Counted from the stretch's first letter, positions 35,378 through 44,992 are shown. The stretch: DNA of 64,000 nt from Candidatus Nomurabacteria bacterium (GCA_016699365.1 CP064973.1:507524-571523), one strand, 5' to 3'. Made by a program: numbers and translations. Notes: generated by a model from the sequence alone, not told the origin.

Positions 35378-35812
35378 ATGCTAATCGGAGAATACACACA
35401 TTCAATAGACGACAAAAATCGTATATCGCTTCCAGCAAAATTTCGAAAGGAGATGGGGAAGAGTGTTATTCTAGCGCCTGGACTCGACAAATGTATAGCC
35501 ATGTATACAGCTCGAGAATGGGAGCGGGTTTCAGAGAAACTTGCCGAAAGCTCAGTTCTCCAGTCTGACAACAGGAGTTTCGGCCGCTTTATGTTTGGTG
35601 GCGCGGTCGAGGCTCCAGTTGATGCAGCTGGTCGTATTCTCATACCGGATTTTTTAATACAACGTGCAGGTCTCAAATCTAAAGTCGCTCTGATAGGTGT
35701 GCAAAATAGAATTGAACTTTGGAACGACAAGGTATGGCAAGAATACAAGCGTGCGGTTGATTCACAAGCTGATCAACTTGCTGAAAAGTTAGGCCAGATA
35801 GGCGTTCTCTAG
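35378..35812 (+). CDS. mraZ: transcriptional regulator MraZ
   Basis: MLIGEYTHSIDDKNRISLPAKFRKEM... with a duplicated DxxxR-containing SpoVT/AbrB-like fold. ATG at 35378. Confidence 0.9.
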   Translation: MLIGEYTHSIDDKNRISLPAKFRKEMGKSVILAPGLDKCIAMYTAREWERVSEKLAESSVLQSDNRSFGRFMFGGAVEAPVDAAGRILIPDFLIQRAGLKSKVALIGVQNRIELWNDKVWQEYKRAVDSQADQLAEKLGQIGVL

Positions 35813-35815
35813 AAT

Positions 35816-36724
35816 ATGAATTCACAAGAAGGGAATCGTCCACATATAAGCGTTCTTTTAAACGAATCAATAGAAGGATTAGATATAAAGCCAAAAGATA
35901 TCGTGATAGACGGTACTGTGGGGGCTGGAGGTCATACATTTGAAATTTTAAATAGATTTAATGGCTCCGGTGTAAAAGTAATCGCTCTCGATAGAGATGT
36001 TCAGGCCCTAGAGATTGCTAAATCAAGATGTGCGGGTTATGAAAACATTTCTTTTCATAAAGAAAATTTCCGCAACTTAGATAGAGTTCTTGCAGGTTTG
36101 GGCATAGATAAAGTAAATGCGATTCTGCTCGACTTAGGTGTTAGCTCTATGCAGCTCGATACACCTGGACGCGGATTCTCGTTTATGAGAGATGAACCGC
36201 TTTCGATGACTATGGCAAGTGATGGGTCTGATACAGGTGTTACTGCCTATGATGTAGTGAACACTTGGGGAGAAGAAAACCTTGCGGATATCATCTACGG
36301 ATACGGCGAGGAGAGGTACTCAAGACGGATCGCACGAGCAATAGTAGAAGCTAGAGAATTGGCTCCTATAAAGTCTACAGGACAGCTTGCTCTGATAATC
36401 AAAAGCGCAGTACCTGGATCTTATAGAAATGGTCGCATACATCCAAGCACAAAAACTTTTCAAGCTATCCGTATCGCAGTGAACGATGAGCTGGGAGCAA
36501 TCAAAGAAGGTCTAGACAAAGCTTGGGAACATTTAGATAAAGACGGAAGACTTGTAGTTATATCTTTTCACTCCCTAGAAGATCGTATTGTAAAGAATTT
36601 TATTAAAGAACATAAAGACGAAGGAACGATTATCACAAAAAAACCAAAGACTGCTAGTGATGAGGAGATGAGATTGAACCCAAGATCACGCAGTGCAAAA
36701 TTAAGAATTTTTCAAAAAAATTAA
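35816..36724 (+). CDS. rsmH: 16S rRNA (cytosine1402-N4)-methyltransferase RsmH (MraW)
   Basis: HISVLLNESIEGL...DGTVGAGGH...LLDLGVSSMQLD. Confidence 0.9.
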   Translation: MNSQEGNRPHISVLLNESIEGLDIKPKDIVIDGTVGAGGHTFEILNRFNGSGVKVIALDRDVQALEIAKSRCAGYENISFHKENFRNLDRVLAGLGIDKVNAILLDLGVSSMQLDTPGRGFSFMRDEPLSMTMASDGSDTGVTAYDVVNTWGEENLADIIYGYGEERYSRRIARAIVEARELAPIKSTGQLALIIKSAVPGSYRNGRIHPSTKTFQAIRIAVNDELGAIKEGLDKAWEHLDKDGRLVVISFHSLEDRIVKNFIKEHKDEGTIITKKPKTASDEEMRLNPRSRSAKLRIFQKN

Positions 36725-37065
36725 TGACTATAAAAAAAATACAACAAAAAAGCAAAACACTAACTGAGACACGAGGCAGACAACTTTTCTTCTGGATGGT
36801 TTTATGTGCCGGCGGACTATTTGCTATGTATTTATATTTTTTATCTACTACAGTATTTAGTATAGTCACTAGAAAAAATGTAGAAAATGATATTAGAGCT
36901 AAAGTAACCTCTATCGGAGAGCTCGAACTTACATATCTAAATTATTTCTCATCAATCAATAAAACTTTGGCATATGAAGAAGGTTTTATAGAACCAAAAG
37001 AAGTATATTTTGTATCAAGAAACACACTGCTAACAAAAGCAGAAAATTCTTCATATGAACTCTAG
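36724..37065 (+). CDS. ftsL: FtsL-like small bitopic division protein
   Basis: 113 aa with a single TM (LFFWMVLCAGGLFAMYLYFL) and a short coiled-coil-like ectodomain. Sits in the canonical slot between rsmH and ftsI. Confidence 0.5.
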   Translation: MTIKKIQQKSKTLTETRGRQLFFWMVLCAGGLFAMYLYFLSTTVFSIVTRKNVENDIRAKVTSIGELELTYLNYFSSINKTLAYEEGFIEPKEVYFVSRNTLLTKAENSSYEL

Positions 37066-38770
37066 TTTTCTTGTACGTATACGTGTATTGGTAATACTTT
37101 TTGTTTTCGCAATTCTACTTGTGGTTGCGAAGCTTTTTTATCTTCAGGTATTACACAATGATAAATACACTGAGAAAGCTGACAGACAGTATGCCACACC
37201 TACTGGAAGTATGTTTGATCGTGGAAGTATATATTTTAGTACAAAGGACGATACTTTGGTTTCTGCGGCTACACTAAAAACTCTTTTTAAAATAGCTATC
37301 AAGCCAAAAGAAATAGTCCAATCAGAAGAGGCTTTTACCAAGCTTAGTGCTTATATACCACTTGAATACGATGAGTTTATGAAGCAGGTCGCAAAGACCG
37401 AAGACCCTTATGAAGAGATAGCAGTAAAACAGACGAAAGAGGTTGCAGATAGCATAAGTCTACAAAAGATACCAGGTGTTTATATATATAAAGAAAAAAC
37501 AAGATTTTATCCTGGCGATTCACTCGCTTCTCATGTTTTAGGTTTTGTCGCTTACAAGGGTGATGAACTTTCTGGACGTTATGGGCTAGAGAGAAGTTAC
37601 AACGAGACTCTTTCGAGAGGTAAGGAATCAGTATATATGAATTTTTTTGCAGAAATTTTTGCAAATATTCATGACACTATTTTTACTCGTGAGGAAAAAG
37701 ATGGAGATTTGGTTTTGTCTATTGAGCCACAGGTGCAGACTCTTCTTGAAGATGAGCTTATAAAGGCAGTTGAGCGCTATGGAGCAGATTTTGCCGGAGG
37801 AATGATAGTTGATCCACGCAACGGAGAGATGGTTGCGATGGCGCGTGTGCCAGGGTATGACCTAAATGCATTTCAAGATGTATCAAATCCACTATTGTAT
37901 GGAAATACCAATGTTGAGAACGTATATGAGTTTGGTTCTGTTATAAAGCCACTTACTATAGCTTCTGGTATAGATGCTGGAGTCATAACTCCAGAAACTT
38001 CATACAACGACCAAGGTTTCGTGATTTTAAATACAAAAAAGATAAACAACTTCGACCTTAAAGGGCGCGGACCGGGAACTACGATGCAAGATGTACTAAA
38101 TGAATCTTTGAACACTGGAAGTGTATTTGTGATGCAGAAGTTGGGTCATGACAAGTTCCGTGACTATATGCTCTCTTTTGGTATAGGAGAAAAAACAGGC
38201 ATAGATCTACCAAACGAAACAACTGGTCTTATTTCAAACTTAAAAAGTACACGTGAAATTGAATACGCGACTGCAGCTTTCGGACAAGGTATAGCACTTA
38301 CACCTATTGAGGCACTCCGTGCTTTTACAGTGTTTGCAAACGACGGTAGATATGTAACTCCGCACTTAGTAAAAGAGATTAGATACACAGATGGAACAAC
38401 TTATAAGACTGAGGTAAAAGAAAGCGAGCAAGTTATTTCTGAAGAATCTGCTTATACAATTACACAGATGCTCACAGTTGTAGGAGATACGATGATGAAA
38501 ACATACGGATTGTCTTTCCCGCATTATTCTCTAGCTGTGAAGACTGGTACAGCTCAGGTGGCTCTAGAGAACGGAGGTGGATACTATGATGACAAGCATC
38601 TTCACTCTATATTTGGATATTTCCCAGCTTATGAGCCTAGATTCTTGGTATTTATGTACATAATGGATCCAAAAGGAGTTAAGTATTCTGCACAGACTCT
38701 TTCAGGCCCACTTGTGAATACAGCAAAATACTTGAGTACATACTACAATGTACCACCGGATAGTATTTAA
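37055..38770 (+). CDS. ftsI: peptidoglycan transpeptidase FtsI (PBP3-type class B PBP)
   Basis: TM anchor; SxxK (GSVIKPLT), SxN (SLNTGSV), KTG (VKTGTAQ). Confidence 0.85.
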   Translation: MNSSFLVRIRVLVILFVFAILLVVAKLFYLQVLHNDKYTEKADRQYATPTGSMFDRGSIYFSTKDDTLVSAATLKTLFKIAIKPKEIVQSEEAFTKLSAYIPLEYDEFMKQVAKTEDPYEEIAVKQTKEVADSISLQKIPGVYIYKEKTRFYPGDSLASHVLGFVAYKGDELSGRYGLERSYNETLSRGKESVYMNFFAEIFANIHDTIFTREEKDGDLVLSIEPQVQTLLEDELIKAVERYGADFAGGMIVDPRNGEMVAMARVPGYDLNAFQDVSNPLLYGNTNVENVYEFGSVIKPLTIASGIDAGVITPETSYNDQGFVILNTKKINNFDLKGRGPGTTMQDVLNESLNTGSVFVMQKLGHDKFRDYMLSFGIGEKTGIDLPNETTGLISNLKSTREIEYATAAFGQGIALTPIEALRAFTVFANDGRYVTPHLVKEIRYTDGTTYKTEVKESEQVISEESAYTITQMLTVVGDTMMKTYGLSFPHYSLAVKTGTAQVALENGGGYYDDKHLHSIFGYFPAYEPRFLVFMYIMDPKGVKYSAQTLSGPLVNTAKYLSTYYNVPPDSI

Positions 38771-39334
38771 TTATTCTACTGTTATAAAAATTGGAATAGT
38801 TGAAACCAATATTTTAGCTACACCATCTTCTACTAGATAGCCTCTCTTTAGTGGCTCGGTCTCACCAGCTTTTAGAAAACGTTCAGTTCGTACCATAGAG
38901 CCTTGGATGGGGAAGTTTGCAGTTAGATCAGACATATCTGTAAAATTTTCATCTAGCCAGATTATCCACTCCACATCTTCTCCATTTTTGAAACTATACA
39001 ATATGAATTCAGGAGAGCTCTCGATGCGCAGTGGGATACCTGCATTTTCTAGGCGATCTTTTATTTGATTTAAAAACATGTCTTCAATAGACCCTTCTTT
39101 GTATGTGAAGTTTTGCGATAGTAGCGCAAAGCTATATGAAAGCTCTAGGTTATTTGCGGCGCTAGTTGCTACGAGTTCTTGAATTTTTTCTGTTAGTCCA
39201 GATATACTCTCTCGGTCTTGTTCGACTAGTACTGTAGGTCGAGGGTTGTGGTCAGGCAGCAGTCCAATGAGCAGAAATATTACTATACATGAGATTAGTA
39301 TTAAAGTTTGTTTTTTGGTTATTAGGTTGGTCAT
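38771..39334 (-). CDS. hypothetical membrane-anchored protein (187 aa)
   Basis: N-terminal TM (LILISCIVIFLLIGLL). No recognisable family. Confidence 0.45.
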   Translation of the reverse strand: MTNLITKKQTLILISCIVIFLLIGLLPDHNPRPTVLVEQDRESISGLTEKIQELVATSAANNLELSYSFALLSQNFTYKEGSIEDMFLNQIKDRLENAGIPLRIESSPEFILYSFKNGEDVEWIIWLDENFTDMSDLTANFPIQGSMVRTERFLKAGETEPLKRGYLVEDGVAKILVSTIPIFITVE

Positions 39335-39360
39335 AGATTTAGTATATACCCGAAAGTTAT

Positions 39361-39391
39361 TTGCGAAAAGTCATAAAAATTGGTATATTCT
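39361..39391 (+). promoter_or_regulatory. promoter for tRNA-Glu (TTGCGA-17-TATATT, with TGg extended -10)
   Basis: ttgcgaaaagtcataaaaattggtatattc ends ~11 nt before the tRNA 5' end. Confidence 0.55.
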
Positions 39392-39401
39392 CGAGGCAAA
39401 T

Positions 39402-39473
39402 GGCCCTATCGTCTATCGGTTAGGACACATCCTTCTCAAGGATGGAAGCGCGGTTCGATTCCGCGTAGGGTCA
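39402..39473 (+). tRNA. tRNA-Glu (anticodon CUC)
   Basis: Manual fold: acceptor GGCCCTA/TAGGGTC, D arm GTCT/GGAC, anticodon stem CATCC/GGATG with loop TTCTCAA (anticodon CTC), T arm CGCGG-TTCGATT-CCGCG. Layout parallels E. coli tRNA-Glu. Confidence 0.9.
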
Positions 39474-39484
39474 CACATAACAAA

Positions 39485-39512
39485 AAGACTGAACTGCTCC
39501 AGTCTTTTTGTT
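39485..39512 (+). terminator. tRNA-Glu terminator hairpin (GACTG-aactgctc-CAGTC plus TTTTTGTT); the outer stem extends to 18 bp (39474-39517)
   Basis: cacataacaaaaagactgaactgctccagtctttttgttatgtg. Confidence 0.55.
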
Positions 39513-39520
39513 ATGTGTGA

Positions 39521-39593
39521 CGGGCGCAGTGATGTTTTATGAGCACATAAAACCACGAGCCGGGGTCGCGAGAAATTTCCTTCAGGAAATTTA
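39521..39593 (-). repeat. GC-rich multi-hairpin element, copy 3 (minus-strand sense: hairpin AAATTTCC/GGAAATTT, core CTCGCGACCCCGGCTCGTGG, hairpin GTTTTAT/ATAAAAC, tail ATCACTGCGCCCG)
   Basis: The reverse complement aligns with 2349-2427. Hairpin-2 stem bases differ from copy 1 (GTTTCTG/CAGAAAC) but keep their pairing. Confidence 0.55.
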
Positions 39594-39641
39594 CTTGTGA
39601 CACAAAATAGCCAGGTATTTATTTTATGCTAAAATAATTCC

Positions 39642-40031
39642 ATGAATCATTTTGGAGAACATGTAACCCTGGATGGTTACGGAGGAGACGAAGAGCTTTT
39701 GAATAGTAAAGACGTGGTACTGTCTTGTCTTAAAAATCTACCTGCACTACTCGATATGCATATACTCGCAGAACCTGTCGTATATTTTGCAAAGGGCAAT
39801 GACGACAAAGACCCAGGTGGATGGAGTGGTTTTGTGGTGATAGAGGAGAGTCATATCAGCATCCATACTTTTCCTAAAAGGGGATTTGTGAGTATCGATG
39901 TATATACCTGTAAAAATGGTATGGATCAGAAATACATAGAAGATTATTTTATAAAAGAATTTAAACTCACTGACATAGAAACAAATTTCATAATCCGAGG
40001 CAAAAAGTATCCTGAAAAGAATATAATCTAA
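39642..40031 (+). CDS. speH: S-adenosylmethionine decarboxylase proenzyme, class 1B (SpeH-type, pyruvoyl-dependent)
   Basis: ~129 aa with the self-cleavage motif ...VIEESHISIHTFPK... (E-S processing site). Confidence 0.8.
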   Translation: MNHFGEHVTLDGYGGDEELLNSKDVVLSCLKNLPALLDMHILAEPVVYFAKGNDDKDPGGWSGFVVIEESHISIHTFPKRGFVSIDVYTCKNGMDQKYIEDYFIKEFKLTDIETNFIIRGKKYPEKNII

Positions 40032-40034
40032 ATA

Positions 40035-40066
40035 TTAAATCCCGCTTCAGCTGAAGCGGGATTTCT
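40035..40066 (+). terminator. rho-independent terminator (AAATCCCGCTTCAG-CTGAAGCGGGATTT)
   Basis: Perfect palindrome directly after the speH stop. Confidence 0.7.
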
Positions 40067-40075
40067 AGTTCGTAT

Positions 40076-40417
40076 CTAAGATAAAAGTAGAATAATATTA
40101 TTGAGTTCTTCCTTGAGAAGAAGCATCGAGATAACAATATTTTCTCTTTTTTCATCCATAAGTTTACTGTCAATTTCGTCTTTTATTTCTTCTATAGCGG
40201 AACACATCTGGCTAATTTTATCGTTTGAAATTTTTTTGTTCCAATTTGGGAATTGTAGACGGCCACTATTTATTTCTTTCTGTATTTTATAGAAGGTGCT
40301 TTCGTAATAGTAATTCCACATCCCATTTTTTGAAAACGGACAGCAATCCATGAGTTTATCTATACTTTCAAACCGTATAAAGAGCTTTAAAGAAAGTTCG
40401 TAGTTACTATTTATCAT
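40076..40417 (-). CDS. hypothetical protein (113 aa)
   Basis: ATG..TAG ORF; charged, helical; no family recognised. Confidence 0.4.
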   Translation of the reverse strand: MINSNYELSLKLFIRFESIDKLMDCCPFSKNGMWNYYYESTFYKIQKEINSGRLQFPNWNKKISNDKISQMCSAIEEIKDEIDSKLMDEKRENIVISMLLLKEELNNIILLLS

Positions 40418-40473
40418 TGTTTGTACATTTAGTTGTATAAATCATAACATAATTGATTTAAAAAGTCAAATAA

Positions 40474-40503
40474 AAAGACCTTATATCATAAGGTCTTTTT
40501 TAA
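40474..40503. terminator. bidirectional terminator (AAAAAGACCTTATATCATAAGGTCTTTTTT)
   Basis: Perfect hairpin with flanking A and T runs. Confidence 0.65.
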
Positions 40504-40507
40504 TAGT

Positions 40508-41437
40508 TTATTTATTCTTGTGAACCCAGATATACAGGTCTTCGAGGGCTTTTACAGCATCTCCAGCTGCAATGTTGTTCTGGTGGTATAGACCGTTTGT
40601 AGCGTCTCCTGCAGCCCATATACCGGCCACTGAGGCACGTTGGTTCATAGGGTCGACGATTATCTTCTTCTCTTTGTCTAGCTCTACAAAACCAGCTAGA
40701 AAGTCAGTATTTGGTAATTGGCCAATTTCTACGAATATTCCAGTTGTAGGTATAGTGATTTCTTCACCGGTGTTCTTGTTTCTGTAACTTATAGATTCCA
40801 CGAATTGTGAACCACTAACTTTTGTAATTTCTGCGTCGGTTATGATTTTTACTTTTGGATTTGCGCGAAGTTTTTCGACTGTGATTTCATCTGCGCGGAA
40901 TTCAGAGCTTCGATGTATCAGAGTCACGCTTTTGCAATATGCAACAAGTTGGAGTGCAGATTCAAAGCCTGCATTACCACCACCAAGCACCACTACATCT
41001 TGGTCAGAGAAAAGTGGTCCGTCACAAGATGCGCAATATGTAATACCTTTGTTTTCAAATTCAACCGCTCCAGGCACATCTATTTTTCTTCTTTTTGAAC
41101 CAGTGGTGATAAGTACACTTCTAGCCTCGATTTGTTTCCCGTCGTTTGTACTTACTACAAAAATATCGTCTTTCTTTTCAATTTTTTCCCCACGTACACC
41201 TTCCATAAGTGTGAGGCATTTACCACTGTAATCCTCGGCATGCTTTTTAAGACTCTTTGCTAGTTCGGCACCAGATATGGCAGGGGTTCCAATCCAGTTG
41301 TAGATAGTTTCAGATACGCTAGATTGCCCACCGAATTCTTCTGCTATTAAAAGTGTTTCTAAGCGTTTGCGTGCAGCGTAAACAGCGCCGGCAACTCCAG
41401 CAGGCCCTCCTCCTAAAATGATTAGATCGTATGTCAT
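40508..41437 (-). CDS. trxB: thioredoxin reductase
   Basis: FAD motif GGGPAGVAGAVYAAR, redox CASCDG, NADPH motif GGGNAGFESA. Confidence 0.9.
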   Translation of the reverse strand: MTYDLIILGGGPAGVAGAVYAARKRLETLLIAEEFGGQSSVSETIYNWIGTPAISGAELAKSLKKHAEDYSGKCLTLMEGVRGEKIEKKDDIFVVSTNDGKQIEARSVLITTGSKRRKIDVPGAVEFENKGITYCASCDGPLFSDQDVVVLGGGNAGFESALQLVAYCKSVTLIHRSSEFRADEITVEKLRANPKVKIITDAEITKVSGSQFVESISYRNKNTGEEITIPTTGIFVEIGQLPNTDFLAGFVELDKEKKIIVDPMNQRASVAGIWAAGDATNGLYHQNNIAAGDAVKALEDLYIWVHKNK

Positions 41438-41544
41438 AGGTTTTGATTATAACTTAGACATTTTGAATGTGCAAAATTTTAGTTTAAAAGGCTCCTATGG
41501 CGCAGTCGATTATCTAAAGTTTTGTTTCTGGAAAACTCTTTTTT

Positions 41545-41633
41545 ATCCCCACTATTTAAAAGTACGGATATTTTCTTGCTAGAAAATTCCTCGAGTTTCG
41601 CGCCGTCGCGCTCACTAGTCTTTTAAATAGTGG
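41545..41633. repeat. 16-bp perfect inverted repeat (CCCCACTATTTAAAAG ... CTTTTAAATAGTGGGG) enclosing 57 bp with internal hairpins (ATTTTCT/AGAAAAT; CGCG-ccgt-CGCG)
   Basis: Read directly from the sequence. It lies in the 447-bp non-coding gap between ftsZ and trxB. A second ~13-bp inverted-repeat pair sits at 41671-41683 / 41777-41791. Confidence 0.7.
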
Positions 41634-41849
41634 GGATCTGGTATGTTTGAATCCTAACTCAGGCTTTGCCTTGTATCAAGAAACATACACGAACACACGA
41701 GAGTAAGTGTTACGAAGTAAAAAATATTCTGTTTGAGCGAAGCGAGTTTATATTTTTAACAAACTCGAGTGTAGTGAGTGTTTTTCTTGATACACGCAAA
41801 GAAGTTTTTGTGTTACTTTTTTGAAAAAGTGACAAAAGCAAATATAACA

Positions 41850-41880
41850 AAACCCACCAAAGGTGGGTTTTGTATGAAAG
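41850..41880. terminator. bidirectional terminator downstream of ftsZ (AAAACCCACC-aaa-GGTGGGTTTT)
   Basis: Hairpin plus T-run 5 nt past the ftsZ stop. Confidence 0.65.
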
Positions 41881-41884
41881 TTTT

Positions 41885-43078
41885 TTATTTCTTTGGTCGT
41901 CTTAGGAACGCAGGTACTGCACTCCAATCATCTGTATCATCTTCAAAAATATCATCTTCTTTTACCTCTGCTTTCTTTAGATAGTCAGAAGGTAGGGAAT
42001 TGTGTATTTCTTTTTTTGGTTCTATTACCAATTCAGATTTAGGAGTAGGTTGTATTACAGGTTTTGCTTCAAATTCTTTTTGTCCTTGAAAAAGAGATCT
42101 CTTTGAAGAGTCAGTAGGGAATCCAGTTGCGATAACTGTAACCTTCATCTCGCCCTTCTTGAGTCTTTCGTCACGGATAGTTCCAAATATTACACGTGCA
42201 TCTTTGTCGATAGATTCTGTGATTATTTTTGCTGCTTCTTGGATTTCTAGAATTCCCAAGTCGTCACCACCAGATATTGCAAAGAGTACTCCACGTGCGC
42301 CATTTATAGATAGATCGAGTAGAGGTGAGTTTATAGCTTGTAGAGCTGCTGTTTGCGCACGGTTGTCGCCTGAGCCAAATCCGATACCCATCAGTGCACT
42401 ACCTGCATCAGACATAACTGCCTTGATGTCAGCGAAGTCTACGTTGATTATACCTGGAGTTGTGATTAGGTCTGAGATTCCTTCTACTGCTTGGCGAAGG
42501 ATTTCGTCACACAATGCAAAAGCTTGTTTGAATCCAGTGTCTTTGTCAGCGATCATCAAAAGACGATCGTTTGGTATTACGAGTATTGCATCAACTTCTT
42601 TTTCGAGTTCACTGAGTCCATTTTCAGCAAGCTTCATACGTTGATTACCTTCAAATGAGAATGGTTTTGTAACTACTGCTACTGTTAGTATTCCTTGTTC
42701 TTTTGCTGCACGAGCAACTATAGGAGCTGCACCAGTTCCTGTTCCTCCTCCCATACCACAAGCTATGAAAACCATATCAGCACCTTTGATTGTGTCTTGT
42801 ATTTCAGCTTTTGTTTCTTCTGCTGCTTTCTTTCCAACATCAGGGTTCATTCCAGCACCAAGACCTTTGGTAAGGTTCTTACCAATGTGAATTTTCTTGT
42901 CTGCAAGAGACTTGTGAAGGTCTTGAGTGTCAGTATTCATACATATGAATTCAACACCCTTTACCTTAGAGCTAATCATGTGATTTATGGCATTGCCGCC
43001 GGATCCTCCGACTCCAATTACCTTTATTCGTGCAAATGTTTCAATTTCTGGGTTTATTTTAGGCATACAAAACGGCAT
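41885..43078 (-). CDS. ftsZ: cell division GTPase FtsZ
   Basis: IKVIGVGGSGGNAINHM ... tubulin signature GGGTGTGAAP ... T7 loop NVDFADI; disordered C-terminal tail. Confidence 0.95.
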   Translation of the reverse strand: MPFCMPKINPEIETFARIKVIGVGGSGGNAINHMISSKVKGVEFICMNTDTQDLHKSLADKKIHIGKNLTKGLGAGMNPDVGKKAAEETKAEIQDTIKGADMVFIACGMGGGTGTGAAPIVARAAKEQGILTVAVVTKPFSFEGNQRMKLAENGLSELEKEVDAILVIPNDRLLMIADKDTGFKQAFALCDEILRQAVEGISDLITTPGIINVDFADIKAVMSDAGSALMGIGFGSGDNRAQTAALQAINSPLLDLSINGARGVLFAISGGDDLGILEIQEAAKIITESIDKDARVIFGTIRDERLKKGEMKVTVIATGFPTDSSKRSLFQGQKEFEAKPVIQPTPKSELVIEPKKEIHNSLPSDYLKKAEVKEDDIFEDDTDDWSAVPAFLRRPKK

Positions 43079-43174
43079 TTGAGGGATTCCCCCAAACGCG
43101 TACTAAAAGTAGTAATGGACCAAAACTGTTATGTGACCACTATAGCAGATAATATTGAAAAGACACAAGGGGTG

Positions 43175-44329
43175 CTAGGGAAGTAGTTGCTTACCTAAAA
43201 TTCGGAAGAATTTTTTAAGGTTTGCGATGGCTCCTCCACCACTTCCTGCCATAGAGGATTCTTTCTGTATGATTGCAAGACCAAATGCATTACTCCAAAC
43301 AGAATCGCGAATTTTACCTTTTGATATTTCTACAAGCGGATCTATTCCTAGTCTTGCAGGGAGTTTCAGAGAAAGTCTAGCGCCCTCTTCTAGATTTGTG
43401 AACTGAGAACTACCTCCGATAAATATTGCTCCTGCGGGTAACAATCCGTTTCTACGAATTTTTTTAAGATGTGTATCTATAAGTTCGAACATGTCTCCCA
43501 ATCTTGCTTCGATAATATCGTCGAGTTTTCTTTTTGGAAAATTACTCATGATGCTTCCGGTTTTTATACTTTCTGCTTCTTCGAGAGGAATTTTTAGTCC
43601 AAGTGCGATGTCGTTTGTAATATCATTTCCGCCAATAGGGAATACAGCTAGTGTGACAGGTTGGTTATCTTCATAAACGACCAGACTGGTAGTTTCAGAA
43701 CCTATGTTCACAAGTGCACATCCTGCAGTTTTTTGCTTTTCTCCCAAGTGCACTACTCCTGCTGCTACTATACTTGGAACTATATCTATAATATCTACGC
43801 CTGCTTCACTAACTGCACCTATAAGTAAGTCCAAGTGTTGAGCTAGTGATGTATTAAATAGAGTTTTTACTTCGAGCTTGATACCTTTCATTCCTATTGG
43901 AGAACCTAAAACAGGCTTACCGTCTATGCGAAAGCCAATTGGGTGATTGTCTACTATTTTTTTGTTTGCAAGTGTTAGTTCTTCTTCGGATTCAAGCATT
44001 GCCTTCTCGACATCCAAATGGGTAACTTCATTGTCTGCTTTTGATATGATTGCAGCACCAGAACTTGTTTCGCAAGATAGAGTTACTCCTCCAACACCTA
44101 GAGTGACTCTTTTTATAGAGACTCCAGAATTTTTCTCGGCATCTTTCAATGCACGTAAAACTGAAGCAGATACATGAGCTTGATTCACAACATATCCATG
44201 ACGCATTCCACGAGTAGGACTAGAACCCAGACCAATAACCCTAGGGTTTTGTTCTCCTTGTACTTTTTCACACACAACAACACGTGTAGTTTGTGTGCCT
44301 ACGTCTAAGCCGGCTGTAATATTTCGCAT
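43175..44329 (-). CDS. ftsA: cell division protein FtsA (actin-like ATPase)
   Basis: LDVGTQTTRVVV ... DIGGGTT-like (NIGSETTSLV) ... GGSS; sits immediately upstream of ftsZ. Confidence 0.9.
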   Translation of the reverse strand: MRNITAGLDVGTQTTRVVVCEKVQGEQNPRVIGLGSSPTRGMRHGYVVNQAHVSASVLRALKDAEKNSGVSIKRVTLGVGGVTLSCETSSGAAIISKADNEVTHLDVEKAMLESEEELTLANKKIVDNHPIGFRIDGKPVLGSPIGMKGIKLEVKTLFNTSLAQHLDLLIGAVSEAGVDIIDIVPSIVAAGVVHLGEKQKTAGCALVNIGSETTSLVVYEDNQPVTLAVFPIGGNDITNDIALGLKIPLEEAESIKTGSIMSNFPKRKLDDIIEARLGDMFELIDTHLKKIRRNGLLPAGAIFIGGSSQFTNLEEGARLSLKLPARLGIDPLVEISKGKIRDSVWSNAFGLAIIQKESSMAGSGGGAIANLKKFFRILGKQLLP

Positions 44330-44356
44330 GTTTATGTTTGGAATTCGAAAAGAGAA

Positions 44357-44749
44357 TTATTTTATGTGAAAATATTTCTTCCACTTTTCTTCCTTAGCTT
44401 CCATTGTACTACCATGATCGAATCCTAACAAATGTAGCATTCCGTGGATAATTAAGAATCCTGTGAAATTTTTTATATTCATGCCAAATTTTGGAGCTTC
44501 TTTTTTTATTACATCTGGAGCTAGGAGTATTTCGCCAGAATTTTCTGTTAGAGAAAAAGATAGGACGTTTGTGGGCTTGTTCTTGCCTCTATACTTTTTA
44601 TTTATCTTTTTTATTTCCTTATCTTCCAAAAATACGATTGAGAGTTCGTATTTTTTACCCAATATTTTGTCCTTGATATTCGCAAAAGGCAAGCGTGGAA
44701 GCTTGCCTTTTGTTTGGTTGATGATACTGATTGTATCTGGTCTCAACAT
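44357..44749 (-). CDS. ybeY: rRNA maturation endoribonuclease YbeY
   Basis: HGMLHLLGFDH zinc-binding H3xH5xH motif. Confidence 0.85.
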   Translation of the reverse strand: MLRPDTISIINQTKGKLPRLPFANIKDKILGKKYELSIVFLEDKEIKKINKKYRGKNKPTNVLSFSLTENSGEILLAPDVIKKEAPKFGMNIKNFTGFLIIHGMLHLLGFDHGSTMEAKEEKWKKYFHIK

Positions 44750-44752
44750 ATC

Positions 44753-44992
44753 TTAGCGAGAACGTTCTACGATTTTACCAAGTTTTTTTAGTCGTTCAAC
44801 ATTTTTTCTCTTTGCAAGATTTTTTAGTTTACCTTTTTTTAGTGCGAGCTTTGAAAGTGGTCTTTCACTGTATCGATTGCCCTTCACTTTTTGAAGTAAA
44901 CCAGCTTCTTGTACTCGACGAGTAAAACGTCTTAGGACGCTGGCGTTGTTTTCGTTTGTGTTCTTTTTTATTTCTATACTTACGGTTGACAT
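44753..44992 (-). CDS. rpsU: 30S ribosomal protein S21-like
   Basis: MSTVSIEIKKNTNENNASVLRRFTRRVQEAGLLQKVKGNRYSERPLSK..., the basic S21 pattern (ALRRFKR...AG). Start taken at the internal ATG rather than the longer track ORF. Confidence 0.65.
   Translation of the reverse strand: MSTVSIEIKKNTNENNASVLRRFTRRVQEAGLLQKVKGNRYSERPLSKLALKKGKLKNLAKRKNVERLKKLGKIVERSR

Noticed and set aside
35237-35437. ORF 15237-15437 / 15441-15668 style small ORFs near tRNA-Gln, and 35359-35568 within mraZ
   Set aside because: They overlap better-supported genes (CPBP protease; mraZ) in other frames and have no coding signal.
41485-41505. ggctcctatggcgcag resembles the RNase P RNA GGGCUCCAUAGGGCAG block
   Set aside because: The obligatory AGGAAAGUCCGGGC motif and the remaining ~300 nt of P RNA architecture are absent from the 447-bp gap, so this is coincidental similarity.
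41850-41880. cccacca near a hairpin could suggest a tmRNA 3' end
   Set aside because: No tRNA-like T-arm or acceptor precedes it and there is no tag ORF. It is a plain bidirectional terminator.
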